DNA of 32,000 nt from Pseudodesulfovibrio piezophilus C1TLV30 (GTDB lineage: Bacteria > Desulfobacterota > Desulfovibrionia > Desulfovibrionales > Desulfovibrionaceae), in contig NC_020409.1 of the NCBI RefSeq assembly GCF_000341895.1, positions 2,160,001-2,192,000 on the forward strand. Reading direction: 5' to 3'. Positions within the stretch are counted from its first letter, which is position 1, and each line of letters opens with the position of its first letter. The notes below the pieces were generated by a model. That model saw only the letters and a program-made list of their open reading frames with translations. It did not search any database and was not told the origin of the DNA. The translations under genes and the position numbers were made by a program. Positions 1 through 7,969 of this stretch are shown in pieces.

Positions 1-304
1 TCCCTGCCGCAGCCATAACCGTTTCGCAATAATCCAGCGAAATGGTACTCATGATGATTTCATCAAAATACGGTTCATATGCCCGGAGCAGTCCTTCGGT
101 GCATCCGGTACATTCGGCACAGTGCAGGTAGACCACCGAAGGACGCTTCTTGGTAGTCAGGGCGTGAGCTATCTGTGGCACAAAGGCCGGTCCCATACCG
201 AGAAAAGTGGCCATGACACCACAGAATTTCATGAATTCACGACGGCTCGGCTTCTTGTCACCAGCCATCATTTTCAAAGAGTCGAATTTGTTCGCACTTG
301 GCAT
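1..304 (-). CDS. [NiFe]/[NiFeSe] hydrogenase small subunit, N-terminal part (gene continues past the left window edge)
   Basis: Absent from the ORF track because it runs off the edge. The reverse complement of 304..1 is open and reads [101 protein letters not shown]. It has a twin-arginine signal (SRREFMKF) followed by the conserved VVYLHxAECTGC proximal-cluster motif of hydrogenase small subunits. AAGGAGG lies 5 nt upstream of the ATG. Confidence 0.9.
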   Translation of the reverse strand, partial: MPSANKFDSLKMMAGDKKPSRREFMKFCGVMATFLGMGPAFVPQIAHALTTKKRPSVVYLHCAECTGCTEGLLRAYEPYFDEIIMSTISLDYCETVMAAAG

Positions 305-320
305 GCGAGCCTCCTTTCGG

Positions 321-719
321 CTAGCTTGGCTTGTGGCAGGCAGAAGTACAGCCCACCGGATTCTTGCCACCCTGAGACCGCATCAGGGTATGACACCCCA
401 GACAACTTGGCGGTCCATCGGAATGCCAGGCCCGGTAAAATCCTGTCTGGTCATCGGGGTCATCAGAGCTATGACATTGTCTGCACGGCACAAATTCTCC
501 CAGAGTTTTGTCGCTCTCCTTGTGGTGACATTTCTGACAGGGAACCCTGATGGCATGAAAACCATGCGGGAATTTGACTTTGGTAATCCAGGCGGCCAGG
601 GGTTTGTTATCATCCGGTCGTTTCAGAACCACAGTATCCGGCACTGTATAGGCCGACGCCACGGTGACGATGACGGCAGTCACTGCCGCCGTGGTGAAAA
701 GCAGAACCTTGCGGAACAT
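321..719 (-). CDS. Periplasmic tetrahaem cytochrome c3-family protein
   Basis: 132-aa ORF with an N-terminal signal/anchor ([23 protein letters not shown]). Haem motifs are CQKCHH, CRQCH, CLGCH and CTSACH, with extra axial-His context (FPHGFH.., YRAWH) as in Desulfovibrio c3. GGAGGAG SD upstream. The stop lies 14 nt from the hydrogenase small-subunit start. Confidence 0.85.
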   Translation of the reverse strand: MFRKVLLFTTAAVTAVIVTVASAYTVPDTVVLKRPDDNKPLAAWITKVKFPHGFHAIRVPCQKCHHKESDKTLGEFVPCRQCHSSDDPDDQTGFYRAWHSDGPPSCLGCHTLMRSQGGKNPVGCTSACHKPS

Positions 720-884
720 GTCTCCTCCATTTCATAAGTTGAAACCACATCATAGCGTAGGATACGCTCCTGATATCCGGGAGATATTATTATTTCCGAT
801 CCGGTCGGATATGATGAGAAGGTCAAAGCAACCGCCATCACAAAACGGAAAATCCGGAAAAGAGAGGTCCGTCTCCAGACCATG

Positions 885-2282
885 CTACTTAAAAGCTCCG
901 GCCTCGATATTCAACCGCTTGAGAATCTTCTGCAAAGCCACTCTGGACAAACCGCTGTGCCGGGCCGCTGCCGAGACATTTCCCCCGGATTGGGTGAGCA
1001 ATTCCTCGACATAGGTTCGAGTGAAATTATCGACCACTTTCTCTTTGGCATCCTTATATGGAGCCAGGCCCGAAGCAGTGTTACAATGGTTTCCATCCAG
1101 CCCTTCCACCAGACGCAAGTGGGGCAGATCAAGCAATTCACCGGAGGAGAACACGGCAAGACGCCGTACAAAATTCTGGAGCTCCCGAACATTGCCCGGC
1201 CAGCTTTTTGTCGTCAAATATGCCACGGCCTCCGGGGTCATGCTTTTGGGTTTGACCTTCATCTCTTCACAGGAAAGAGTTAAAAAATGACGGGCAAGGA
1301 TGACAATGTCATCGCACCGCTCTCGTAGGGCCGGGACATTGATGTTCAATACATTGAGACGATAGTATAGGTCTTCCCGGAAAGAGCCGTCCTTGATCTT
1401 ATCCTCCAGAGGCTGGTTGGTGGAAGCGAGGATACGGACATCTACGGGAATGGTCCGGCTGGACCCCACGGGCCGGATTTCACCCTCCTGGAGCGCGCGG
1501 AGCAACTTGGTCTGGATCCCCGGAGAAATATCCCCTATTTCGTCCAACAACAACGTCCCGCCATCAGCAGAAACAAAAATCCCCTTGCGGTCGCGGTCCG
1601 CGCCGGTAAATGCCCCTTTTACATGCCCGAACAATTCGCTTTCCAGCAACTGGTCCGGGATAGCGGGACAATTGACAGTGAGCAAGGGGCTGTTTCTCCT
1701 CCCGCTCAGTTGATGAATCGTCTGGGCGACCAACTCCTTGCCCGTACCGGATTCGCCCCTGATCAGGACCGTATAATCGGACCCGGCCACGGCCTGGACT
1801 CCATCCTTCAAGCGGCGCAGAGGAAGACTGTCTCCCACCAATTCATTGGAACCGCACTGCCTTTCCAGCAAGTCCTGCAAACGCGAGTTTTCACCCAGTA
1901 GACGAGCGCGCTCAAGCCCCCGTTCCACCGTGAGGAACAAGTTCTCCGGGGCAACGGGTTTTGTCAGGAAATCATACGCGCCGACCTTGAGCGCATCCAC
2001 TGCGGTTTTGACTGTCCCGTAAGCCGTAAGCATGATCACGCCTAGCTCGGGCTGCATAGCCTTGGCCCGCCGCAATAATTCCACTCCATCCATGCCTGGC
2101 ATATTCAGGTCCGACAGCATCAGCCCGAAAGAATCAGACTGTAAAAGAGACAGAGCTTCAGCAGCGGAAGAGACGGCCTTGATTCGTTCATCAGGAAAAC
2201 GACGGCTCAATAAACGCGCCAATCCAACGGCAAAATCGACTTCGTCATCAACGAGCAGGATTCCTACTTTCTGTGTCATCAC
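885..2282 (-). CDS. Sigma54-dependent response regulator (NtrC family: REC + AAA+ activator + Fis HTH)
   Basis: The receiver is intact (LLVDDE, MLSDLNMPGMDG). It has Walker A GESGTGKE, the GAFTGA loop (HVKGAFTGADRDRKG) and a C-terminal HTH (NVSAAARHSGLSRVALQKILKRL). The start is GTG 2282 or ATG 2279, overlapping the kinase stop (2279-2281). Confidence 0.95.
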   Translation of the reverse strand: MMTQKVGILLVDDEVDFAVGLARLLSRRFPDERIKAVSSAAEALSLLQSDSFGLMLSDLNMPGMDGVELLRRAKAMQPELGVIMLTAYGTVKTAVDALKVGAYDFLTKPVAPENLFLTVERGLERARLLGENSRLQDLLERQCGSNELVGDSLPLRRLKDGVQAVAGSDYTVLIRGESGTGKELVAQTIHQLSGRRNSPLLTVNCPAIPDQLLESELFGHVKGAFTGADRDRKGIFVSADGGTLLLDEIGDISPGIQTKLLRALQEGEIRPVGSSRTIPVDVRILASTNQPLEDKIKDGSFREDLYYRLNVLNINVPALRERCDDIVILARHFLTLSCEEMKVKPKSMTPEAVAYLTTKSWPGNVRELQNFVRRLAVFSSGELLDLPHLRLVEGLDGNHCNTASGLAPYKDAKEKVVDNFTRTYVEELLTQSGGNVSAAARHSGLSRVALQKILKRLNIEAGAFK

Positions 2283-4705
2283 ATGCTCCCTTTGTCCGAA
2301 CGGTTGACCGGAAGGCGAAGTGTGAAGACCGCGCCACTGAGATTCTTCACCTCAATGGTTCCTCCCAATTCATGGGCTAGTCCATAGACGACAGCCAATC
2401 CGAGGCCGGTTCCCTTGCCCACTTCCTTGGTGGAAAAAAATGGGTCGAACACCTTGCCCTGATCCGCTTCCCGAATGCCCGGACCGTTGTCCGACACACT
2501 GAGGATAATTATATCTGCCGATGAATCATAGTCTGCCGAGACATCAATACGCCCGGTGTCCGACTCCACGGCATCAAGACTATTTTTGAGAAGGTTTGCC
2601 AAAATCTGCTCCACGGACTGTTCATTGACTGCGATGGACGGGATTCCTTCAACCATGGATCGATGTACGGAAACCCCCTTTTTTTCAGCCTGGACACGGA
2701 AGATATTGACCGCATTCTCGATGACTCTCCCCATATCCACTCTCCCCGGAAGGTTTTGTTTGGGTCGGGCAAAGTTCAAAAGATCCTGCAAGACGTTTTC
2801 AGCCTGGGTCGCATGCTTGATGATCACATCAACATCACTGGACAGCGTCTCGCTTGACTCTCCATCCTTGATCAATTCAGCATAGCACTTGATGACCCCC
2901 AATGGATTGTTGATTTCATGGGCCAAGCCTGCTGCCAACTGTCCAACCGTTGCCAACTTTTCACTCTGCTGCATGGAAGCGAGCATCTGCTTTTCCTGCG
3001 TGACATCACGGACATAGACCACGCCGCGCCCCTCCTCAGCAGTTCCCTCGGCAACCGGGAAAACGTTTACGGAAAAAGCCCTGCCATCCTCGACTTTCAC
3101 TTCGCGGGAAAGTGTTTCGCCCAATTCCAAGGCCGTATGAAGCGGACAATGTCCGAAGACACCACCATTTTCGAACAGGGCAGAACAGGAGACATCGTCC
3201 AGCCTGCCGCCGAAGGAACCTGACAGGGCACGGGCGGCCTCGTTGGCCAGAACCACACTGCATGCGCCATCCATGAGCAGCAGGGGATCACTGATACCTT
3301 CGACAATGACCTGAAGCATGTCCTTTTGCCGAACCAGGTTGTGCAAGGCGGCCAGGTTTTCCATGGCAATACCCAGTTGTTGGCCCAAGGCGCGCAGGAC
3401 ATTACGATCCTGCTCCGTAATCCGGGCACCTTCATCCCACTTCAGACAGAGGATACCTTCGGATGAACAATCTGACGCCGCAACGGGAATATAGGCCCTG
3501 CCGGGTTGATAGTACGGTTTGACCTCGGTCAAGATCTCCTTCCAACCGGTAGGCAGATCCGGTTTAGCCGTTCCCTCCGGCCATGTATAATATGTCTGCG
3601 AGGCGAGCATACAAATAAAACCTGCCTCGCGTGCCCGAAAACGCTTGACCACGAGAGGCAAAGAATACTCCCACATCTGGCGTCGGGAATTGCTCTTGTT
3701 CAATCCGTCCAGCAGCTGAACAAACAGGCCGACATCTGCCCGGCGTTCCTCGGCCTCGAATTTCAATTCCCCGGTTCGGACCTCGACCATCTGTTCCAAA
3801 TTTTCCGAATGCTGCCTCAGTTGATAGTGCATTCCATGAATATGGTCTCCCAATTCCTCAAGTCCCTGCACCACTTCCTCGATTTCGTCCCCCTGTTCCA
3901 GCTTTTCGATAAGCCCCAATTCCGCCTCTTCCTGAAAGAGTATTCGAAACCGATCCGTAACCCGACGAAGTTTGCTCATGACCACCCGATTGAAAAACAT
4001 CTGGACCAGAGCATAAAAAAGAACCATGCCACCGCCATAGAGGAGAGCATATCCGGCCGTGGCTTCGCGTATCTTACTTAACGCTCCTTCCAGCGGCACG
4101 CCGACAACCACCAGACCTGCCACCTCACCCAGAGTATGACCAAACCCCCGCTCGGTGCCATACCGCTCCAGGAGGACAGGCGGAGCATCCTCAGGGACGC
4201 CGTGACAGCTCAGACAGGATGCGCCAAAAACCACAGGGCGCGCCTTGACAAAATAATCCCGCCCCTCCACTTCACGATTCCCTTCCCAGAAGGCTTCTCC
4301 GGGGTGGCTCTTGAAATACTCCAGAAGTTCCCGCTCATTCGTATTGGTCTCAAACAGAGGATTCCTGGCATTATCGGCAACCCGCCGATAATAGTATTCC
4401 GAATGAGCCACATTGAGCCGATCCATGATTGCCCGTGAAATATAGGAAGAGGACATGGCCTCAATGACAAACTCTCCCTCCGGCAGCGTGCTGTACATCT
4501 TGGGTCTGAGGATTTCCCGCACGTAGCTCTGCACACTCGTGACCTGACTGAAAACCAGGTCCGCCTTGTCCCTCACCTGTGAATCCAGCAGGGAACTGAG
4601 ATGAAAATACAGGCTCGACGCAAAAAAGACACCAAGCAACAGAACTATCGCTCCCAATCCCATAAGGAATTTGGCCTGAAGATTCTTCGGTCCGAAAACA
4701 CTCAT
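2279..4705 (-). CDS. Sensor histidine kinase with an extracytoplasmic c-type-haem (DUF3365/Tll0287-like) domain, HAMP, GAF/PAS-like regions, HisKA and HATPase
   Basis: 808 aa. A TM helix (res ~13-35) is followed by a ~180-aa loop carrying a single CxxCH (CLSCH, codons 4202-4216) in the context ARPVVFGASCLSCHGVPEDAPP. A second TM (res ~217-238) follows, then a coiled coil, the H-box LAHEINNPL, and N/G boxes LLKNSLDA, DNGPGI, GTGLGLAVV. It is translationally coupled to the downstream response regulator. Confidence 0.93.
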   Translation of the reverse strand: MSVFGPKNLQAKFLMGLGAIVLLLGVFFASSLYFHLSSLLDSQVRDKADLVFSQVTSVQSYVREILRPKMYSTLPEGEFVIEAMSSSYISRAIMDRLNVAHSEYYYRRVADNARNPLFETNTNERELLEYFKSHPGEAFWEGNREVEGRDYFVKARPVVFGASCLSCHGVPEDAPPVLLERYGTERGFGHTLGEVAGLVVVGVPLEGALSKIREATAGYALLYGGGMVLFYALVQMFFNRVVMSKLRRVTDRFRILFQEEAELGLIEKLEQGDEIEEVVQGLEELGDHIHGMHYQLRQHSENLEQMVEVRTGELKFEAEERRADVGLFVQLLDGLNKSNSRRQMWEYSLPLVVKRFRAREAGFICMLASQTYYTWPEGTAKPDLPTGWKEILTEVKPYYQPGRAYIPVAASDCSSEGILCLKWDEGARITEQDRNVLRALGQQLGIAMENLAALHNLVRQKDMLQVIVEGISDPLLLMDGACSVVLANEAARALSGSFGGRLDDVSCSALFENGGVFGHCPLHTALELGETLSREVKVEDGRAFSVNVFPVAEGTAEEGRGVVYVRDVTQEKQMLASMQQSEKLATVGQLAAGLAHEINNPLGVIKCYAELIKDGESSETLSSDVDVIIKHATQAENVLQDLLNFARPKQNLPGRVDMGRVIENAVNIFRVQAEKKGVSVHRSMVEGIPSIAVNEQSVEQILANLLKNSLDAVESDTGRIDVSADYDSSADIIILSVSDNGPGIREADQGKVFDPFFSTKEVGKGTGLGLAVVYGLAHELGGTIEVKNLSGAVFTLRLPVNRSDKGSM

Positions 4706-4840
4706 GTGTCACTCCGGGCATGGTGCCCCTGTCATGAAAATATACCTGGACGCCGCCGACCGACGCAGAAACCGACCATACCTCACTTTATTCCATTTTA
4801 CCAAACAGATGACATCACACACGAAAAGCGCAAACTGCGG

Positions 4841-4869
4841 GTTGCTGACTGCTAAGTCGAGTTAGCAAC
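4841..4869. promoter_or_regulatory. Candidate enhancer (UAS) for the NtrC-type activator: inverted repeat GTTGCTGACT-N9-AGTTAGCAAC
   Basis: 10-nt arms with one mismatch, centred ~78 nt upstream of the -24 element. This is the only sizeable dyad in the divergent spacer. The function is inferred, not shown. Confidence 0.35.
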
Positions 4870-4931
4870 TTCTGTTTTGTCCATCCACAGTAAGTCCTTT
4901 TATTTCAAGTAGATAACATTTTAGTCACTTT

Positions 4932-4946
4932 TGGCACACCCTTTGC
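4932..4946 (+). promoter_or_regulatory. Sigma54 (RpoN) -24/-12 promoter TGGCAC-N5-TTGC
   Basis: The sequence ttTGGCACaccctTTGCct matches the consensus TGGCAC-N5-TTGC exactly and in the correct orientation. It lies ~50 nt upstream of the ATG at 4997 and is divergent from a sigma54-activator gene pair. An A/T-rich tract (4895-4925) sits between the dyad and the promoter. Confidence 0.75.
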
Positions 4947-4996
4947 CTTAGAGGGACCGACTCCACCGTAATAACAACCCAAAGGAGAGGTTTGGT

Positions 4997-6637
4997 ATGG
5001 CTCAAGTTAGTGTCGGACGTCCCGACAACACCCCAGTCTGGATCATCAGTGGAATTCTGTTGGTCTACGGCGCTCTCGTTGCATCCGGAGTGCTCACCGG
5101 TCTTTTGACCACCTTTAAGGTCCACAAGGCAATGGAGCTGATGGAAACTCTCAGTTTCATCGGCGGCGGCATCGGTGTCATCACCGCACTCATGCGCCAG
5201 ACACGCATGGGAAAACCCATGACGAATCTTGACACATTTGTGCTGGAGACCATCCCCGGCGTCCTGTTCGTCCTGGCATTGGCCATGAGCATCCGCTGGT
5301 TTGCGGAGCCTATGGTCAAGATGATGAGCCAATCCATGGTCCCGATGTTCGGTTTCTCGATCTACAAGGTCATGAACCTGAACTACGTTGTGCTCGGCAT
5401 CATCGTCGGCATCATCATCACCAACAGTTGGGGGATCCCGGCATTTGCCGCCGCAGGTGTCAAGACTGCCCGTTTTGTCCTGAAGATGGGCGTTATCCTG
5501 CTGGGAGCACGGTACTCTTTCGCTGAACTGGCCAAACTCGGCATGGTCTCAGTCTGGCTCATCGGCTTCTTTGTACTCGGCACGGTCTTCTTCGTACTGT
5601 TCCTGGGCAAGCTTTTCAAGCAACCCAAGTCCATGACCGGTGTCCTGTCTGCGGGTATGGGTGTCTGCGGCGTCTCCGCCACCGTTGCCTGTGCGCCTGT
5701 GGTCAAGGCAAAATGCTCTGAAATGGCCTACACCATCGGCACCATCCTCGGCTTCGGTATTCTGTGCATGTTCGCCTTCCCGACCATAGGCAAGCTGGCT
5801 GGCATGAATGCCACTCAGTTCGGCGCATGGGCCGGTACCGGCATTTTGAACTCTGCTCAGGTCGCCGCCGCCTGCCTCGCCTTCAATGCCGTGGACATCA
5901 AGACGCTTAAAGTCGGTGAAATCTTCAATATCACCCGTGTCCTGTTCCTCCCCGTCATCGTCCTGGTGCTGGCAACGTGGTATGGCAAAAGCTCGGGACA
6001 GAAGATATCCTTCAAGGAAATCGTTATCGATAAATTCCCGATCTTCATTCTCGGTTTCCTGCTGCTTTTCCTGCTCTCTTCATTTGGTCTGTTCTCACCC
6101 GCCGATCACTACAAGGGCAAGTACCTCGACTTCAGCTACAACCAACGTACGGAAATCACCCCCGAGGAGTTGACGACTGTCAAGGCTGCTGCAACAGCAG
6201 GTATTGCCGGTCTGCATCCGGAAGAACAAGCCGCACTTGATAACCTGATCATGCAGCATCAGCTGGCAGGAGACTTTGAGGACCGCGAAGACAAGGCCAA
6301 GTTCGACGCCACAGCGCGCCAGAGGCTGTCCGGTCTGGAATCAATCATTGCCCGCGCCAAGGGAGGCGAACTGGTTGTGCCCAAGGACGTTTCCACAGCT
6401 CTCTCCCACGCCGTGAAGCAGGTCCACAAGAAATCCAAGACCGTCGTCGCCCTGACCGACGCCATGATCTGGTTCTTCGCGTACGGTCTCATCGGTCTGG
6501 GTATGCAGATCACCCGCAAATCCATTGCCCAGGCTGGCGGCTGGCCGCTGATCATGGGTGGTATCTCCGGTGTTGCCAAAGCGTCCCTGTCCTTCATCGT
6601 GGTCATGTACTTCGTCAAGGACGTCGTCCTTCGCTAA
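4997..6637 (+). CDS. YeiH/UPF0324-family integral membrane transporter ('putative sulfate exporter' family) with a ~100-aa hydrophilic insertion
   Basis: 546-aa polytopic membrane protein with a strong SD (AAAGGAGAGG). The GMGVCGVSATVA motif and the C-terminal AYGLIGLGMQITRKSIAQAGGWPLIMG segment resemble the YeiH (Cons_hypoth698) family as I recall it. Typical members are ~330-350 aa. The family assignment is from memory, not from a search. Confidence 0.75.
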   Translation: MAQVSVGRPDNTPVWIISGILLVYGALVASGVLTGLLTTFKVHKAMELMETLSFIGGGIGVITALMRQTRMGKPMTNLDTFVLETIPGVLFVLALAMSIRWFAEPMVKMMSQSMVPMFGFSIYKVMNLNYVVLGIIVGIIITNSWGIPAFAAAGVKTARFVLKMGVILLGARYSFAELAKLGMVSVWLIGFFVLGTVFFVLFLGKLFKQPKSMTGVLSAGMGVCGVSATVACAPVVKAKCSEMAYTIGTILGFGILCMFAFPTIGKLAGMNATQFGAWAGTGILNSAQVAAACLAFNAVDIKTLKVGEIFNITRVLFLPVIVLVLATWYGKSSGQKISFKEIVIDKFPIFILGFLLLFLLSSFGLFSPADHYKGKYLDFSYNQRTEITPEELTTVKAAATAGIAGLHPEEQAALDNLIMQHQLAGDFEDREDKAKFDATARQRLSGLESIIARAKGGELVVPKDVSTALSHAVKQVHKKSKTVVALTDAMIWFFAYGLIGLGMQITRKSIAQAGGWPLIMGGISGVAKASLSFIVVMYFVKDVVLR

Positions 6638-6673
6638 TCAGGGACACTGTCCTCTACTCACAAGGAGAAAAAA

Positions 6674-6841
6674 ATGGATCAACCAGAAGTCAAATGCGAA
6701 CTGAATGAAAAAGATCAGGAACAGAACGAAGAACGCGCCCTGTCCGTCTTCGCCTCTGAAAAAAATGAAGACCTGACCGCCCTGGGCTTTGTCCTGGTGG
6801 TCACCTTCCTGGTCCTCCTGTTCACCAAGTGGATGGCCTAA
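6674..6841 (+). CDS. Small (55-aa) C-terminally membrane-anchored protein, unknown function
   Basis: Too short for the ORF track. It reads MDQPEVKCELNEKDQEQNEERALSVFASEKNEDLTALGFVLVVTFLVLLFTKWMA. AAGGAGA lies 6 nt upstream of the ATG. An acidic N-terminal half is followed by one clear TM helix. It starts 37 nt after the transporter stop. Confidence 0.45.
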   Translation: MDQPEVKCELNEKDQEQNEERALSVFASEKNEDLTALGFVLVVTFLVLLFTKWMA

Positions 6842-6859
6842 CCAAGAGAATAAACGCCT

Positions 6860-6891
6860 CTGCCGCAAGGGGAAATATCCCCTTGCGGCAG
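6860..6891 (+). promoter_or_regulatory. Intercistronic stem-loop: perfect 13-bp GC-rich stem, 6-nt loop (CTGCCGCAAGGGG-aaatat-CCCCTTGCGGCAG)
   Basis: The perfect inverted repeat was read directly. No U-tract follows on the + strand, so it is not a canonical intrinsic terminator. It is more likely an mRNA stability/processing or attenuation element between the small peptide gene and the USP gene. Confidence 0.5.
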
Positions 6892-6911
6892 AACGAATAC
6901 GAGCTGTTGCA

Positions 6912-7355
6912 ATGAAGCATATCCTCCTCGCCACCCATGGCACACCCGGCGCACGTAAAGCCGAACAACTAACCAAGGCATGGGCCGGTCTCTACGGCGC
7001 ACGAGTCACGGTACTCTCCATCATCAATGAGGCATGGGGCGACATGACCTGCGATGACTGGCTGAACACCTCGGCCACACGAAATACCTTCGGGTCATAT
7101 GTCGCCGGAGAAATCGCCAAGGAAATCAACGCAGTCTGGACTCGATTGAAAGACGACTTCGCCGGTGTGGAGATCGATTTCCTCAGCAAGGGAGGAAAAC
7201 TTGAAGACGTCCTGGCCGAAGCCGCTGCCAAGGTCAACGCGGACGTGGCGATAATGGGAGCCTGGCAAAAAGTTCAGGCTCCGGGATTCAGAGACCGTTT
7301 CGAAAACAAGCGTCTGCATCCGCAGATGCCCTGCCCACTGGTGGTGGCACCATGA
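6912..7355 (+). CDS. Universal stress protein (UspA-fold) family protein
   Basis: 147 aa starting MKHILLATHGTPGARKAEQL, and ending ..ADVAIMGAWQ..PCPLVVAP as is typical of USP. The track ORF (6789) was trimmed to the ATG that follows the hairpin. The G-x2-G-x9-G(S/T) ATP motif is not evident. Confidence 0.8.
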   Translation: MKHILLATHGTPGARKAEQLTKAWAGLYGARVTVLSIINEAWGDMTCDDWLNTSATRNTFGSYVAGEIAKEINAVWTRLKDDFAGVEIDFLSKGGKLEDVLAEAAAKVNADVAIMGAWQKVQAPGFRDRFENKRLHPQMPCPLVVAP

Positions 7356-7960
7356 CATCAGCAACTGAGACTATTGATCGCCGGGACCGCGTCCAGACCT
7401 CGGCCGAGGAACTGCCCAGACAGGATATATGGATGGAAACCAGTCTTCCCTGGAATACTTCCTTCTGGGAAAAACTCACCGGCAAGACCCTGATGCGCCT
7501 TAATCCGCATTGGCATATTGAAAAAGATTCGGCCATCGGTTTTCCTGTTGAAGACGTGCTGGTGGAAACCGAGTTCCATACCGCTCCCACGCTTTCCCTT
7601 GAAGCAGGGATATTCAGGGCCGAATTCCCGGAAGTCGGCCTGACTCTCTCTGCCCGGGCCTGTGGAAACGGAACCGACACTGCCCTGTCATTTCACACGG
7701 ACACACCTGAAGGATCGCCCTTGACTGCGGAAGACGCGGCTCGCACCATGCAATATTGGCTGCCCAGTCTGCGTGAATATTACCGTCTGCACGAATCCAA
7801 TTCCATCAAGCACCGATTCTGGCGCTTCTTCATGGACAAAGTCATGCTGACCATGAACCCGACCCAGCGCAGGATCAGCGGCTTCATGTTCAAGTTGACC
7901 GTGCTCGAATGCCTGCTCACCGTCATTCTGGGCGTGGGCTGGTTCTACTACGGAACCTAG
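7352..7960 (+). CDS. Hypothetical protein, C-terminal TM anchor (202 aa)
   Basis: ATGA start/stop overlap with the USP gene, indicating translational coupling. It has GC3-rich codons and a C-terminal hydrophobic helix (LTVLECLLTVILGVGWFYY). I recognise no family. Confidence 0.75.
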   Translation: MTSATETIDRRDRVQTSAEELPRQDIWMETSLPWNTSFWEKLTGKTLMRLNPHWHIEKDSAIGFPVEDVLVETEFHTAPTLSLEAGIFRAEFPEVGLTLSARACGNGTDTALSFHTDTPEGSPLTAEDAARTMQYWLPSLREYYRLHESNSIKHRFWRFFMDKVMLTMNPTQRRISGFMFKLTVLECLLTVILGVGWFYYGT

Positions 7961-7969
7961 GAGAATCCC

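Noticed and set aside
754-768. The dyad AGCGTA-gga-TACGCT upstream of the cytochrome c3 gene, considered as a possible operator. I also searched 720-884 for a sigma54 promoter.
   Set aside because: The 6-bp arms are too short to be meaningful alone. No correctly spaced GG-N10-GC element is present on the minus strand, so I cannot claim sigma54 control of the c3/hydrogenase genes.
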